Shown piece after piece: positions 17,390 through 26,689 of a stretch of DNA of 55,207 nucleotides. Below the pieces are notes generated by a model. The model was not told where the DNA came from and did no database searches. It worked only from the letters and a program-made list of their open reading frames with translations. Each line of letters opens with the position of its first letter. Within the stretch, counting starts at the first letter, position 1. The stretch is from Clostridia bacterium. Its GTDB lineage: Bacteria > Bacillota > Clostridia > Oscillospirales > QAMX01. Position numbers and translations under genes: made by a program. Location: positions 1 to 55,207 of the forward strand of contig JAFQKV010000061.1 in NCBI GenBank assembly GCA_017414715.1, read 5' to 3'.

Positions 17390-17920
17390 TTATATTTCCG
17401 GATCTCTTTTCAGAAGCTCCGCCCGCTCCCGCCAGTCGGGCAAGATCCGCTCCACGGCACGGTAGAATTCCGGCCCGTGATTTTTATGCCGGATGTGGCA
17501 GAGTTCGTGTACAACGACATATTCCACCGTCTTCCGCGGCCAAAGCATGAGATAGAGCGAGAAGCAGAGATTTGCCCTTCCCGAGCAGGAACCAAAGCGT
17601 CTCTTTGCTGCGGTGATGCGGATCCGGTCGGGACTCTCCCCCATTCGCTGCGCCCATTTGGAAACGATTGCCGGTATTTCCTGCTCTGCAAGAACACGCA
17701 GTTGTGAAATGCGTTCCGGGCTTAAGCTTTCTCTGGGATCCGACGGCAGAGACAATGCTCTGTGACGTGCGATCCACGCTGCCTTTGACGAAAGAAACGC
17801 ATCAATCTCACGCATGCTTGCCGATCGCGGTACCCGAAGGGTAAGCTTACCGCCCGGCCCGATCTCCGCACAGAAGGACCTGCGGTCTGACCGCAGGATC
17901 AGATCTCCGGGATACAGCAT
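17390..17920 (-). CDS. M48-family/YgjP-like (DUF45) metallohydrolase
   Basis: 176 aa with the HELCHIRHKNHG zinc motif near the C-terminus. RBS GAGGTGA upstream. Confidence 0.85.
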   Translation of the reverse strand: MLYPGDLILRSDRRSFCAEIGPGGKLTLRVPRSASMREIDAFLSSKAAWIARHRALSLPSDPRESLSPERISQLRVLAEQEIPAIVSKWAQRMGESPDRIRITAAKRRFGSCSGRANLCFSLYLMLWPRKTVEYVVVHELCHIRHKNHGPEFYRAVERILPDWRERAELLKRDPEI

Positions 17921-18048
17921 TTCACATCACCTCTTCCACATTTTATCACATTTTCGATCCCGTGTCATTTTCTCTTGAATTTTTCAGGGTATTTGCGTAT
18001 AATGAAATCACAGACTGCATTGATTCAACAGAATATGAGGTGACATTT

Positions 18049-19125
18049 ATGTTCTTTGCAAATCCCATGGGCGATCTCTCCCGAATGACAAATGCCGTTA
18101 CACGCTCCATTTCCAGCGAGAACCCCACCGGTGCCAAGGGAGTCGGCGGCTCCTGTCCCGTCGGAGAGGGTTTCTCCTCCAGTCAGGCCAGAGATCTGGG
18201 ACTCGGCTGGAAGGTCAATCCCTGCACAGGCGTTGGCCCCGGCGAGATCCTGACCCTTGCGGATATTGAGGGGCCCGGCTGCATCACCCAGATCTGGACC
18301 ACCCTGACCGGCACTTTCCGCAACTGGATTCTGCGCATCTACTGGGAGGACAGCGAGGTGCCTTCCGTGGAATGTCCTGCCGGTGACTTCTTCTGCAACG
18401 GATGGAACAGGTATGCCCCGGTCGTTTCCCTGCCTGTCTGCGTCAATCCCGGCCGTGCCTTCAACTGCTATTGGCAGATGCCCTTCCGCAAGCGATGCCG
18501 CATCACCATCGAAAATCTCTCCGACAAGCAGGAGGTCATTTACTATCAGATCAACTATGAGCTGCGCGAGGTTCCCGAGGACTGCGCTTATTTCCATGCC
18601 CAGTTCCGCCGCTCAAATCCCCTGCCCTATAAGTCCGTCCACACCATTCTGGACGGAGTCACCGGTAAAGGACAGTATGTAGGCACCTACATGGCCTGGG
18701 GTGTCAATAACTGCGGTTGGTGGGGCGAGGGTGAGATCAAATTCTATATGGACGGTGACCGGGAATTTCCCACCGTCTGCGGCACCGGTACGGAGGACTA
18801 TTTCTGCGGTTCTTATAACTTTGAAAACCAGCAGACCCACCAGTACGAGGTCTTTACAACACCCTACGCAGGTCTCTGTCAGGTCATCCGTCCCGACGGC
18901 CTTTATTCCTCCCAGCAGCGGTTCGGACTCTACCGGTGGCACATCACCGATCCCATCCGCTTCTCCGAAGACCTGCGTGTGACCATTCAGGCACTCGGCT
19001 GGCGCAGCGGCGGCCGGTATCTGCCCCTGCAGGACGATATTTCCTCCGTGGCCTTCTGGTATCAGGACAAGCCCGCAAAAAAAATGTCCGCCCTTCCCGA
19101 CCGTGACGGTCTGGAAATCATCTGA
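18049..19125 (+). CDS. DUF2961 / glycoside hydrolase family 172 protein
   Basis: Start chosen at the ATG at 18049 (MFFANPMGDL...), after GAGGTGA. The sequence pattern (SSENPTG, ITQIWTT, YWQMPF, GEGEIKFYMDG, GTGTEDYF, YRWH) is as I remember for DUF2961. Confidence 0.8.
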   Translation: MFFANPMGDLSRMTNAVTRSISSENPTGAKGVGGSCPVGEGFSSSQARDLGLGWKVNPCTGVGPGEILTLADIEGPGCITQIWTTLTGTFRNWILRIYWEDSEVPSVECPAGDFFCNGWNRYAPVVSLPVCVNPGRAFNCYWQMPFRKRCRITIENLSDKQEVIYYQINYELREVPEDCAYFHAQFRRSNPLPYKSVHTILDGVTGKGQYVGTYMAWGVNNCGWWGEGEIKFYMDGDREFPTVCGTGTEDYFCGSYNFENQQTHQYEVFTTPYAGLCQVIRPDGLYSSQQRFGLYRWHITDPIRFSEDLRVTIQALGWRSGGRYLPLQDDISSVAFWYQDKPAKKMSALPDRDGLEII

Positions 19126-19134
19126 TATGCAAAA

Positions 19135-19166
19135 TCCCGGCCGGAGTCCCTCCGACCGGGATTTTT
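19135..19166 (+). terminator. intrinsic terminator after the GH172 gene
   Basis: TCCCGGCCGGA-GTCCC-TCCGACCGGGA (one mismatch) followed by TTTTT. Confidence 0.7.
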
Positions 19167-19191
19167 CTGTGCAGAAAGGTACGAAAACGCA

Positions 19192-19221
19192 TTGACCTTA
19201 CCGCCATGTTTGGTATATAAT
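19192..19221 (+). promoter_or_regulatory. candidate sigma-A promoter of fucI-araB
   Basis: TTGACC (19192-19197), 18-nt spacer, TATAAT (19216-19221), 56 nt before the fucI ATG. Confidence 0.5.
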
Positions 19222-19277
19222 AACAGAAGCACAGCTTACTTGAAAAAATATTTATATTTTCTTTTGGAGGTACAACT

Positions 19278-21065
19278 ATGAAGAATCTTATCGGTTCCTA
19301 TCCCAAGATCGGTATCCGTCCCATCATCGACGGCCGCCGCAAGGGCATCCGCGAGTCCCTTGAGGATAAGACCGCCGGTCTTGCCAAGGCTGTTGCGGAT
19401 CTGCTCAGCGCAAATCTCCGCTACCCCGACGGCTCTCCCGTGCAGTGCGTCATTGCAGACAAGACCATCGGCGGTGTTGCCGAGGCTGCCCTCTGTGAGT
19501 CCAAATTTGAGAAGGAGAACGTCGGACTGACCATCTCCGTCACCCCCTGCTGGTGCTACGGTACCGAGACTCTGGACATGCATCCCACCCGCCCCAAGGC
19601 TATCTTCGGCTTTAACGGCACCGAGCGTCCCGGCGCAGTTTATCTTGCTGCCGCTCTCGCTGCCCACAATCACAGAGGTCTGCCCGCCTTCTCCATCTAC
19701 GGTCATGAGGTGCAGGATCTCGCCGACAACACCATCCCCGAGGATGCTGCCGAGAAGCTGCTTGCCTTTGCCCGCGCCGGTCTCGCCGTCGCCATCATGA
19801 AGGGCAAGAGCTATCTCGCCATGGGTACCGTTTCCATGGGTATCGCAGGCTCTATCGTTAACGATAACTTCCTGTATGACTATCTCGGCATGCGCACCGA
19901 GTACATCGACCTCTGCGAGTTTGACCGCCGCATGGAGCAGGGCATCTATGACAAGGCCGAGTACAAGAAGGCTCTTGCCTGGGTCAAGGAGAATTGCCCC
20001 GAGGGTGAGGACCGCAACGTTCCCGAGAAGCAGCACACCCGCAAGCAGAAGGACAAGGAGTGGGAGACTTGCGTCAAGATGACCCTCATCGCCCGCGATC
20101 TGATGGAAGGCAATCCCAAGCTTGCCCGTATGGGTTACATCGAAGAGTCCAACGGTCACAACGCCATCGCCGCCGGTTTCCAGGGTCAGCGCCAGTGGAC
20201 CGACTTCCGTCCCAACGGTGACTTCCTCGAGGCTATGCTCAACTCCTCCTTCGACTGGAACGGCGTGCGCGCTCCCTACATCGTCGCCACTGAGAACGAC
20301 AGCTACAACGGCATCTCCCAGCTCTTCGGCTATCTGCTGACCAACGCTCCCGCCATCTTTGCCGACGTCCGCACCTACTGGAGCCCCGAGTCCGTCAAGC
20401 GCGTTACCGGTTATGACCTCGAGGGTGATGCCGCCGGCGGTATCATCCACCTCATCAACTCCGGCGCTGCCGCTCTGGACGGCACCGGCGAGATGGAAGT
20501 CAACGGCAAGCCCGGCATGAAGCCCTTCTGGGAGATCAGCGCCGAAGAGGCCGACAAGTGCCTGAAGGCCACCAAGTGGAGCCCCGCAGCCACCGACTAC
20601 TTCCGCGGCGGCGGATTCTCCTCCTCCCTGACCACCCGCGGCGGTATGCCCGTGACCATGGTCCGCATCAACAACGTCAAGGGTCTCGGCCCTGTCCTTC
20701 AGATCGCCGAGGGTGTCAGCTGCGACCTGCCCGAGGATGTTCACACCGCCCTTATGGACCGCACCGATCCCACCTGGCCCTGCACCTGGTTTGCTCCCCG
20801 TCTGACCGGTGAGGGTGCCTTCAAGGATGTTTACTCCGTCATGGCCAACTGGGGTGCCAACCACGGTGCCTTCTGCTACGGCCACGTCGGCGCAGACTTC
20901 ATCACCCTCGCTTCCATGCTGCGCATCCCCGTGAGCATGCACAACGTTCCCGACGAGAAGATCTACCGTCCCACCGCATGGGGCGCCTTTGGCACCAAGG
21001 ATCTCGAGGGTGCGGACTACCGTGCCTGCGCCACCTACGGTCCTCTCTACAACGGCATCAAGTAA
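19278..21065 (+). CDS. fucI: L-fucose isomerase family protein (FucI; the family also has D-arabinose isomerase activity)
   Basis: 595 aa, colinear with E. coli FucI over its whole length ([68 protein letters not shown]). RBS GGAGGT upstream. Confidence 0.95.
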   Translation: MKNLIGSYPKIGIRPIIDGRRKGIRESLEDKTAGLAKAVADLLSANLRYPDGSPVQCVIADKTIGGVAEAALCESKFEKENVGLTISVTPCWCYGTETLDMHPTRPKAIFGFNGTERPGAVYLAAALAAHNHRGLPAFSIYGHEVQDLADNTIPEDAAEKLLAFARAGLAVAIMKGKSYLAMGTVSMGIAGSIVNDNFLYDYLGMRTEYIDLCEFDRRMEQGIYDKAEYKKALAWVKENCPEGEDRNVPEKQHTRKQKDKEWETCVKMTLIARDLMEGNPKLARMGYIEESNGHNAIAAGFQGQRQWTDFRPNGDFLEAMLNSSFDWNGVRAPYIVATENDSYNGISQLFGYLLTNAPAIFADVRTYWSPESVKRVTGYDLEGDAAGGIIHLINSGAAALDGTGEMEVNGKPGMKPFWEISAEEADKCLKATKWSPAATDYFRGGGFSSSLTTRGGMPVTMVRINNVKGLGPVLQIAEGVSCDLPEDVHTALMDRTDPTWPCTWFAPRLTGEGAFKDVYSVMANWGANHGAFCYGHVGADFITLASMLRIPVSMHNVPDEKIYRPTAWGAFGTKDLEGADYRACATYGPLYNGIK

Positions 21066-21086
21066 GATTTAAGGAGCCATAAAACC

Positions 21087-22757
21087 ATGGCAAAATACAG
21101 TATCGGACTCGATTTCGGCACCCTCAGCGGCCGTGCGCTGCTGGTGGACGTGGTTACCGGCGAGGAGCTTGCCACCGCGGTGATGAATTACCCTCATGCC
21201 GTGATGGATGAATACCTTCCCGACGGTACCACCCGTCTTGCACCCGACTGGGCTTTGCAGCATCCCAGGGATTACCTTGAGGTCGTTGCAAAGGTCATTC
21301 CCGAGGTTCTCACTGCGGCCTCCGTTCAGGCGGAGGACGTGGTGGGCGTTTCCATCGACTTCACGGCCTGCACCGTGCTGCCCATCCTCGCAGACGGAAC
21401 GCCTCTCTGCTTCCTGCCGGAGTACGCCGGCAATCCCCACGCCTACGTCAAGCTCTGGAAGCATCATGCCGCCCAGGACAAGGCGGAGATCATCAACCGC
21501 AAGGCTGAGGAGACCGGCGAGAAGTGGCTTGCCCGCTACGGCGGCAAGGTCTCTTCCGAGTGGATCTTCCCCAAAATCTGGCAGACCCTGGATGAAGCTC
21601 CCGAGATCTATGAGAAGGCTGCCCACTTCATTGAGGCCGGCGACTGGCTGACCATGCAGCTCACCGGCAAGCTCACCCGCAACGCCTGCGCCGCAGGCTA
21701 TAAGGCCATCTGGAGCAAGAAGGACGGTTTCCCCTCCTCCGAGTTCTTCAAGTCCCTCGACCCGAAGCTGGAGAACGTCGTTGCCGACAAGCTCTCCGGT
21801 CCCATCCTCGCCATCGGCGACAAGGCCGGCGAGATCAATGCCGCCGGTGCCGCTCTCACGGGCCTGAAGCCCGGCACCGCCGTCGGCGTTGCCAACATCG
21901 ATGCCCACGTGGCAGTTCCCGCCCCCGGCATCACCACCCCCGGCACCATGCTCATCATCATGGGCACCTCCTCCTGCCATATGCTGCTTGGCGATACCGA
22001 GGTCAACGTACCCGGCATCTGCGGCGTGGTGGAGGACGGTATCATCGGCGGCTATCTCGGCTACGAAGCCGGACAGTCCTGTGTCGGTGACCATTTTGAC
22101 TGGTTTGTGAGAAACTGCGTGCCCGCAAGCTATCACGAGGCTGCTGCCGCCGAGGGCGTTAACATTCACACCTATCTGACCGAAAAGGCAAAGAAGCTTT
22201 CCGTCGGTGAATCCGGTCTTATTGCACTGGATTGGTGGAACGGCAACCGCTCCGTGCTGGTCGATGTGGATTTGACGGGCGTTATGCTCGGCATGACCCT
22301 CACCACCAAGCCCGAGGAGATCTACCGCGCCCTCATCGAGGCAACTGCCTTCGGTACCCGTAAGATCATCGAGACCTTTGAGAAAGGCGGCGTGCACATC
22401 GAGCGCATCATCGCCGCCGGCGGCATTGCCGAGAAGAACGAGCTTATGATGCAGATCTATTCCGACGTCTGCAACCGTGAGATCGGCATCTCGGGCAGCC
22501 CCCAGGCCTGCGCCCTCGGCTCCGCCATGTTCGGTGCCGTGGCCGCCGGCAAGGAAAACGGCGGCTGGGATACCATCGGCGAAGCCGCCGAGCATATGTC
22601 CAAGCTCAAGGACACCTTGTATGTACCCAATGCAAGCAATGTTTCTGCCTACGATGCTCTTTATGCAGAGTATGAGACACTGCACGATTACTTTGGCCGC
22701 GGCGTAAACGATGTTATGAAGCGTCTGAAGGCCATCAAGAAGCAGGCCCGTGCCTGA
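21087..22757 (+). CDS. araB: ribulokinase (AraB-type FGGY kinase)
   Basis: 556 aa. The N-terminus [27 protein letters not shown] and the later DWALQHP, IDFTACT and [15 protein letters not shown] closely parallel Bacillus AraB. RBS AAGGAG upstream. Confidence 0.92.
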   Translation: MAKYSIGLDFGTLSGRALLVDVVTGEELATAVMNYPHAVMDEYLPDGTTRLAPDWALQHPRDYLEVVAKVIPEVLTAASVQAEDVVGVSIDFTACTVLPILADGTPLCFLPEYAGNPHAYVKLWKHHAAQDKAEIINRKAEETGEKWLARYGGKVSSEWIFPKIWQTLDEAPEIYEKAAHFIEAGDWLTMQLTGKLTRNACAAGYKAIWSKKDGFPSSEFFKSLDPKLENVVADKLSGPILAIGDKAGEINAAGAALTGLKPGTAVGVANIDAHVAVPAPGITTPGTMLIIMGTSSCHMLLGDTEVNVPGICGVVEDGIIGGYLGYEAGQSCVGDHFDWFVRNCVPASYHEAAAAEGVNIHTYLTEKAKKLSVGESGLIALDWWNGNRSVLVDVDLTGVMLGMTLTTKPEEIYRALIEATAFGTRKIIETFEKGGVHIERIIAAGGIAEKNELMMQIYSDVCNREIGISGSPQACALGSAMFGAVAAGKENGGWDTIGEAAEHMSKLKDTLYVPNASNVSAYDALYAEYETLHDYFGRGVNDVMKRLKAIKKQARA

Positions 22758-22776
22758 CTTTTACAACTGACCCTCT

Positions 22777-22812
22777 CACGGGCCGGGGCATCCCGGCCCG
22801 TGAAGCCCTTTT
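22777..22812 (+). terminator. hairpin/terminator after araB
   Basis: CACGGGCCGGG-GCAT-CCCGGCCCGTG (11 bp) followed by AAGCCCTTTTA. The U-tract is modest. Confidence 0.55.
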
Positions 22813-22828
22813 ATCGGAGAACATACCA

Positions 22829-24001
22829 ATGGATATCAAAGAAAAAGCACTCCTTGCTCATGCCGAGTGGCAGGGTAAGCTCGAAGTCACAAGCCGCGTG
22901 TCCGTCACGTGTGCCGAGGAACTTTCCGTTGCCTATACCCCCGGCGTTGCCGAACCCTGCCGTGCCATTCAGGCCGACCCCGACCTCTCCTATTCCCTGA
23001 CACGCCGTCACAATCTGGTGGCCGTCGTAACCGACGGCACCGCGGTTCTCGGTCTGGGGGATATCGGTCCCGAGGCCGGTATGCCGGTGATGGAGGGCAA
23101 ATGCGTGCTCTTCAAAACCTTTGCCGGTGTGGATGCCTTCCCTCTCTGCATCCGCTCCAAGGATCCCGACGAGATTGTCCGCACCGTCAGCCTGCTTGCC
23201 GGCTCCTTTGGCGGCATCAATCTGGAGGATATCTCTGCCCCCCGCTGCTTTGAGATCGAGGAAAAGCTCAAGGCCGTTTGCGACATTCCCGTTTTTCACG
23301 ACGATCAGCACGGCACCGCTGTGGTGGTGCTCGCCGCCATGCTCAATGCCTGCCGTCTCACCGGCCGTCCCCTCTCGGAGCATCGCGCCGTGGTCTGCGG
23401 TGCCGGTGCCGCCGGAACAGCTATCACAAAGCTGCTTCTCTCCCGCGGACTTTCCGACGTTACCGTCTGTGATAAGGACGGCATCGTTTATTCCGGCAGA
23501 CCGGAAAACGGCGCAGCTCTCGAGGAGCTGGCACAGCTGACCAATCCCCGTGATCTGCGCGGAACACTTTCCGATGCCGTGCGCGATGCCTCCCTCTTCA
23601 TCGGCGTTTCCGCCCCCGGCGTGCTGACCCCCGACATGGTCAGGACGATGGCGACCGATCCCATCATCTTTGCCATGGCAAACCCTGTGCCCGAGATCAT
23701 GCCCGAGGCTGCCCGCGCCGCCGGTGCTGCCGTTGTCGGCACGGGTCGCTCCGACCACCCAAATCAGATCAACAATGTTCTTGCCTTCCCCGGCATTTTC
23801 CGCGGTGCCCTGGACGTTCGCGCACGCACCATTAACGACGAGATGAAGATCGCCGCCGCAGAGGCCATCGCAGCGCTCATTCCCGATGCGGAGCTCACGG
23901 CAGACTACATTCTGCCTGCCGCCTTTGACCCCCGGGTCGGTCCCGCCGTGGCCAGAGCCGTTGCAGAAGCGGCACGGGCCACCGGCGTTGCGCGGTTGTG
24001 A
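22829..24001 (+). CDS. NAD(P)-dependent malic enzyme (short form)
   Basis: 390 aa. AYTPGVA, VTDGTAVLGLGDIG, PVMEGK, FGGINLEDI and the Rossmann motif VVCGAGAAG. Confidence 0.92.
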   Translation: MDIKEKALLAHAEWQGKLEVTSRVSVTCAEELSVAYTPGVAEPCRAIQADPDLSYSLTRRHNLVAVVTDGTAVLGLGDIGPEAGMPVMEGKCVLFKTFAGVDAFPLCIRSKDPDEIVRTVSLLAGSFGGINLEDISAPRCFEIEEKLKAVCDIPVFHDDQHGTAVVVLAAMLNACRLTGRPLSEHRAVVCGAGAAGTAITKLLLSRGLSDVTVCDKDGIVYSGRPENGAALEELAQLTNPRDLRGTLSDAVRDASLFIGVSAPGVLTPDMVRTMATDPIIFAMANPVPEIMPEAARAAGAAVVGTGRSDHPNQINNVLAFPGIFRGALDVRARTINDEMKIAAAEAIAALIPDAELTADYILPAAFDPRVGPAVARAVAEAARATGVARL

Positions 24002-24399
24002 CCATGGCAAGAAAAAAGCCGACCCCCGTCGGCGACGATGCCGTTTACACCGTCAATCTTGAGGAGGGTCTTCCCCTCTGTCACGAGGCCATCAACCGCC
24101 TCAAGCACGAGCTGGAGGCCGCAGGTGAGCGCGGTGTCGGCGTGATGAAGCTCATCCACGGGTACGGCTCCTCCGGCACCGGCGGAAGACTGCGGATCGC
24201 CGTACGGCGGCATCTGGACGGCTGCAGGCTCAACGGTTTTATAGCAGATTATATCGAGGGGGAGCACTTTGATATCTTCGATGCCCGTACACAGAAGGCT
24301 CTGCAGGCCTACCCCGAGCTTGCCCGGGATCGGGATCTGCAGCGGCATAACAACGGCATCACGGTGGTGCTTTTAAACTGCGTCAAAAAGACACGGTAA
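23998..24399 (+). CDS. Smr-domain protein
   Basis: 133 aa. LIHGYGSSGTGG resembles the Smr H-G-x-G core. The GTG at 23998 overlaps the malic-enzyme stop, and the ATG at 24004 is an alternative start. Confidence 0.65.
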   Translation: MTMARKKPTPVGDDAVYTVNLEEGLPLCHEAINRLKHELEAAGERGVGVMKLIHGYGSSGTGGRLRIAVRRHLDGCRLNGFIADYIEGEHFDIFDARTQKALQAYPELARDRDLQRHNNGITVVLLNCVKKTR

Positions 24400-24420
24400 T
24401 TCCGTGTCTTTTCTCGTTTT
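24387..24420 (+). terminator. intrinsic terminator after the Smr gene
   Basis: AAAGACACGG-TAATT-CCGTGTCTTT followed by TCTCGTTTT. The stop codon lies in the loop. Confidence 0.75.
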
Positions 24421-24480
24421 GACCTTTACTTTCAACATGAAATAGTGTTACAATAAACAAAACCGCAAGGAGGTTCTGAT

Positions 24481-26658
24481 ATGACTTTCAAGGAGCTTTT
24501 CGGCAACGCCGCATGGGTAACACCGGGCGAGACCTGCGTTGCCCCCTATATGCGCAAGATCTTTACCGCAGGCACGCCCGAGCGTGCCGAGCTGACCATC
24601 TGCGGTCTCGGTCATTTTGAAGGCTTTATCAACGGAGCCCGCATTTCCGAGGATCTGTTTGCCCCCGCCGTCAGCGATTACGAGCCAATGCCCGAGCGCG
24701 TGTGTGAGGAGCGCTTCGGCGAGGAGACCGCTCACCGCGTTTACGTTATGCGCTACGATGTGACCGATCTGCTGCGCGAGGGTGAAAACTGCCTTGGCCT
24801 TCGACTCTATCCCGGCTGGTACGGCCATCGCTGCGACCGTACCACAAAGCTCGTCTTCCGTCTGGTTATCCGCAGCGGTAACGATGTCATTACCGTTTGC
24901 TCCGATACCGATATACGCTGGTGCAGAAGCGAGATCACAGAAACCGACTATGTCCGTGCCGAACATCAGGATGCCGCCTTCCTTGCCGAAGGCTTCTCAA
25001 AGCCGGATTTTGATGACGCCGCATGGAAATCTGCCGTCCTCTGCGCAGGTCCCGAGGGCCCCTTCTATATCCAGACCTCTCCTGCCGACCGTGTTATCCG
25101 CCACATCCGGCCCCGGCGCATCGGCACCACCGCAGACGGTGCCGCCCTCTACGATGCCGGTGAGAACATCACCGGCTGGCCGGTACTGCGCGAGACCGGC
25201 AGCACACCGCAGACCATCATCCTCACCATGTCCGAAAACCTCTGCGGCGGTGAGCTGGACCCGACCCGGATCCACAGGCAGATCTGCTCCTATAAGACCG
25301 ACGGCAAGGGCCGTACCTGGCGCAGCCGTTCTCTATGGCACGGCTTCCGTTATTTCACGGTGGCGGGCGAAGCCGAGTGCAGCGACGTTCTCGTCGTGCA
25401 CGCCAACGTTCCCGTAACCGCTGAATTTTCCTGCTCCGATCCGGTGCTCAACTGGATCTATGATGCCTACGTCCGCACCCAGCTTTGCAATATGCACGGC
25501 GGCATCCCCTCCGACTGCCCCCATATCGAGCGCCGCGGATATACCGGCGACGGACAGCTGGCCTGCCCGGCTGCAATGGCAATTCTCGATGCAAAGGAGT
25601 TCTACCGCCGCTGGATCGGCGATATTTCCGACTGTCAGGACCGCAAGTCCGGTCACGTGCAGTACACTGCTCCCTACGTACATTCCGGCGGCGGCCCCGG
25701 CGGCTGGGGCTGCGCGATCGCAGAGCTTCCCTGGCAGTTCTGGAAGGCCTACGGGGATGCCGCGCCCGCAAAGGAGCTCTATCCGCAGATGCTCCACTAC
25801 TTTGATTATCTTGAGGCTCACAGCGAAAACGGTCTCGTTGTCTCCGATCAGCCGGGCGAATGGTGTCTCGGTGACTGGTGTACCCCCGATACGATCGCCA
25901 TTCCCGCGCCCTACGTCAACACCTATTTCTACGTAAAGACTCTTCGCCGCGTGCGCGAGATCGCGCTGCTTTGCGGCGATATCGACGGCGAGCGCACCCT
26001 CGCGGCCCGCGAGGCGGAAAAGATCGCTGCTCTGAAAGCAAACTACCTCGACGAGACCACGGGCAACTGGTGTGAAAATGTGCAGGGCGCAAACCTCTTT
26101 GCTCTGGATCTCGGCATTACCGACGATCGTGCGCTGGATACCGTCGTTTCCCACTACAGCGCAACCCGCAAGCTTGACACCGGCATTTTCGGTACCGACC
26201 TGCTCTTCAAGGTGCTTATCGATCATGGCTATGCCGAGCTTGCCTTTGATATTCTCTGCGGCCGGGAGGCTCCCTCCTTCGGTCACTGGTTGGAGCTTGG
26301 TGCCACCACCCTGTACGAGGAATGGAAGGACGAGGCCCGTTCCCTCTCTCATCCGATGTTCGGTGCTGTAGTGCAGTACTTCTTCTCACATCTTCTCGGT
26401 ATCCGTCAGGCAGCGGACTCCTTCGGTTATGCGGATATCATCATCTCCCCTGTCTTCAGCCGCCGCATTCCCAGTGCCCGCGGATCTCAGCTGACCGCCG
26501 CAGGAAAAGTCTCCGTTGACTGGCGCTTCTTTGAAGAGGATATCCACCTCACCGTTGAGCTTGATGCCGGTATGAACGCGACCCTTCGGTTTGCAGATGA
26601 GGAATTCGTACTCTCTGCCGGAAAAAATGAGTTTATCCTCCCGGCAGACAGAATCTAA
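24481..26658 (+). CDS. alpha-L-rhamnosidase family protein (GH78)
   Basis: 725 aa with RBS AAGGAGG. The motif IPSDCPHIERRGYTGDGQ is conserved in the GH78 (alpha/alpha)6 catalytic domain, and the protein ends in a beta-sandwich. Confidence 0.88.
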   Translation: MTFKELFGNAAWVTPGETCVAPYMRKIFTAGTPERAELTICGLGHFEGFINGARISEDLFAPAVSDYEPMPERVCEERFGEETAHRVYVMRYDVTDLLREGENCLGLRLYPGWYGHRCDRTTKLVFRLVIRSGNDVITVCSDTDIRWCRSEITETDYVRAEHQDAAFLAEGFSKPDFDDAAWKSAVLCAGPEGPFYIQTSPADRVIRHIRPRRIGTTADGAALYDAGENITGWPVLRETGSTPQTIILTMSENLCGGELDPTRIHRQICSYKTDGKGRTWRSRSLWHGFRYFTVAGEAECSDVLVVHANVPVTAEFSCSDPVLNWIYDAYVRTQLCNMHGGIPSDCPHIERRGYTGDGQLACPAAMAILDAKEFYRRWIGDISDCQDRKSGHVQYTAPYVHSGGGPGGWGCAIAELPWQFWKAYGDAAPAKELYPQMLHYFDYLEAHSENGLVVSDQPGEWCLGDWCTPDTIAIPAPYVNTYFYVKTLRRVREIALLCGDIDGERTLAAREAEKIAALKANYLDETTGNWCENVQGANLFALDLGITDDRALDTVVSHYSATRKLDTGIFGTDLLFKVLIDHGYAELAFDILCGREAPSFGHWLELGATTLYEEWKDEARSLSHPMFGAVVQYFFSHLLGIRQAADSFGYADIIISPVFSRRIPSARGSQLTAAGKVSVDWRFFEEDIHLTVELDAGMNATLRFADEEFVLSAGKNEFILPADRI

Positions 26659-26689
26659 CGGTTAACGTGTAAGAAAGGACTACTGAAAC

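Noticed and set aside
19236-22685. 568-aa and 538-aa minus-strand ORFs opposite fucI and araB.
   Set aside because: They are antisense shadows of two genes that align end to end with well-known enzymes. The translations are repetitive G/A/V/D-rich strings with no recognisable domain.
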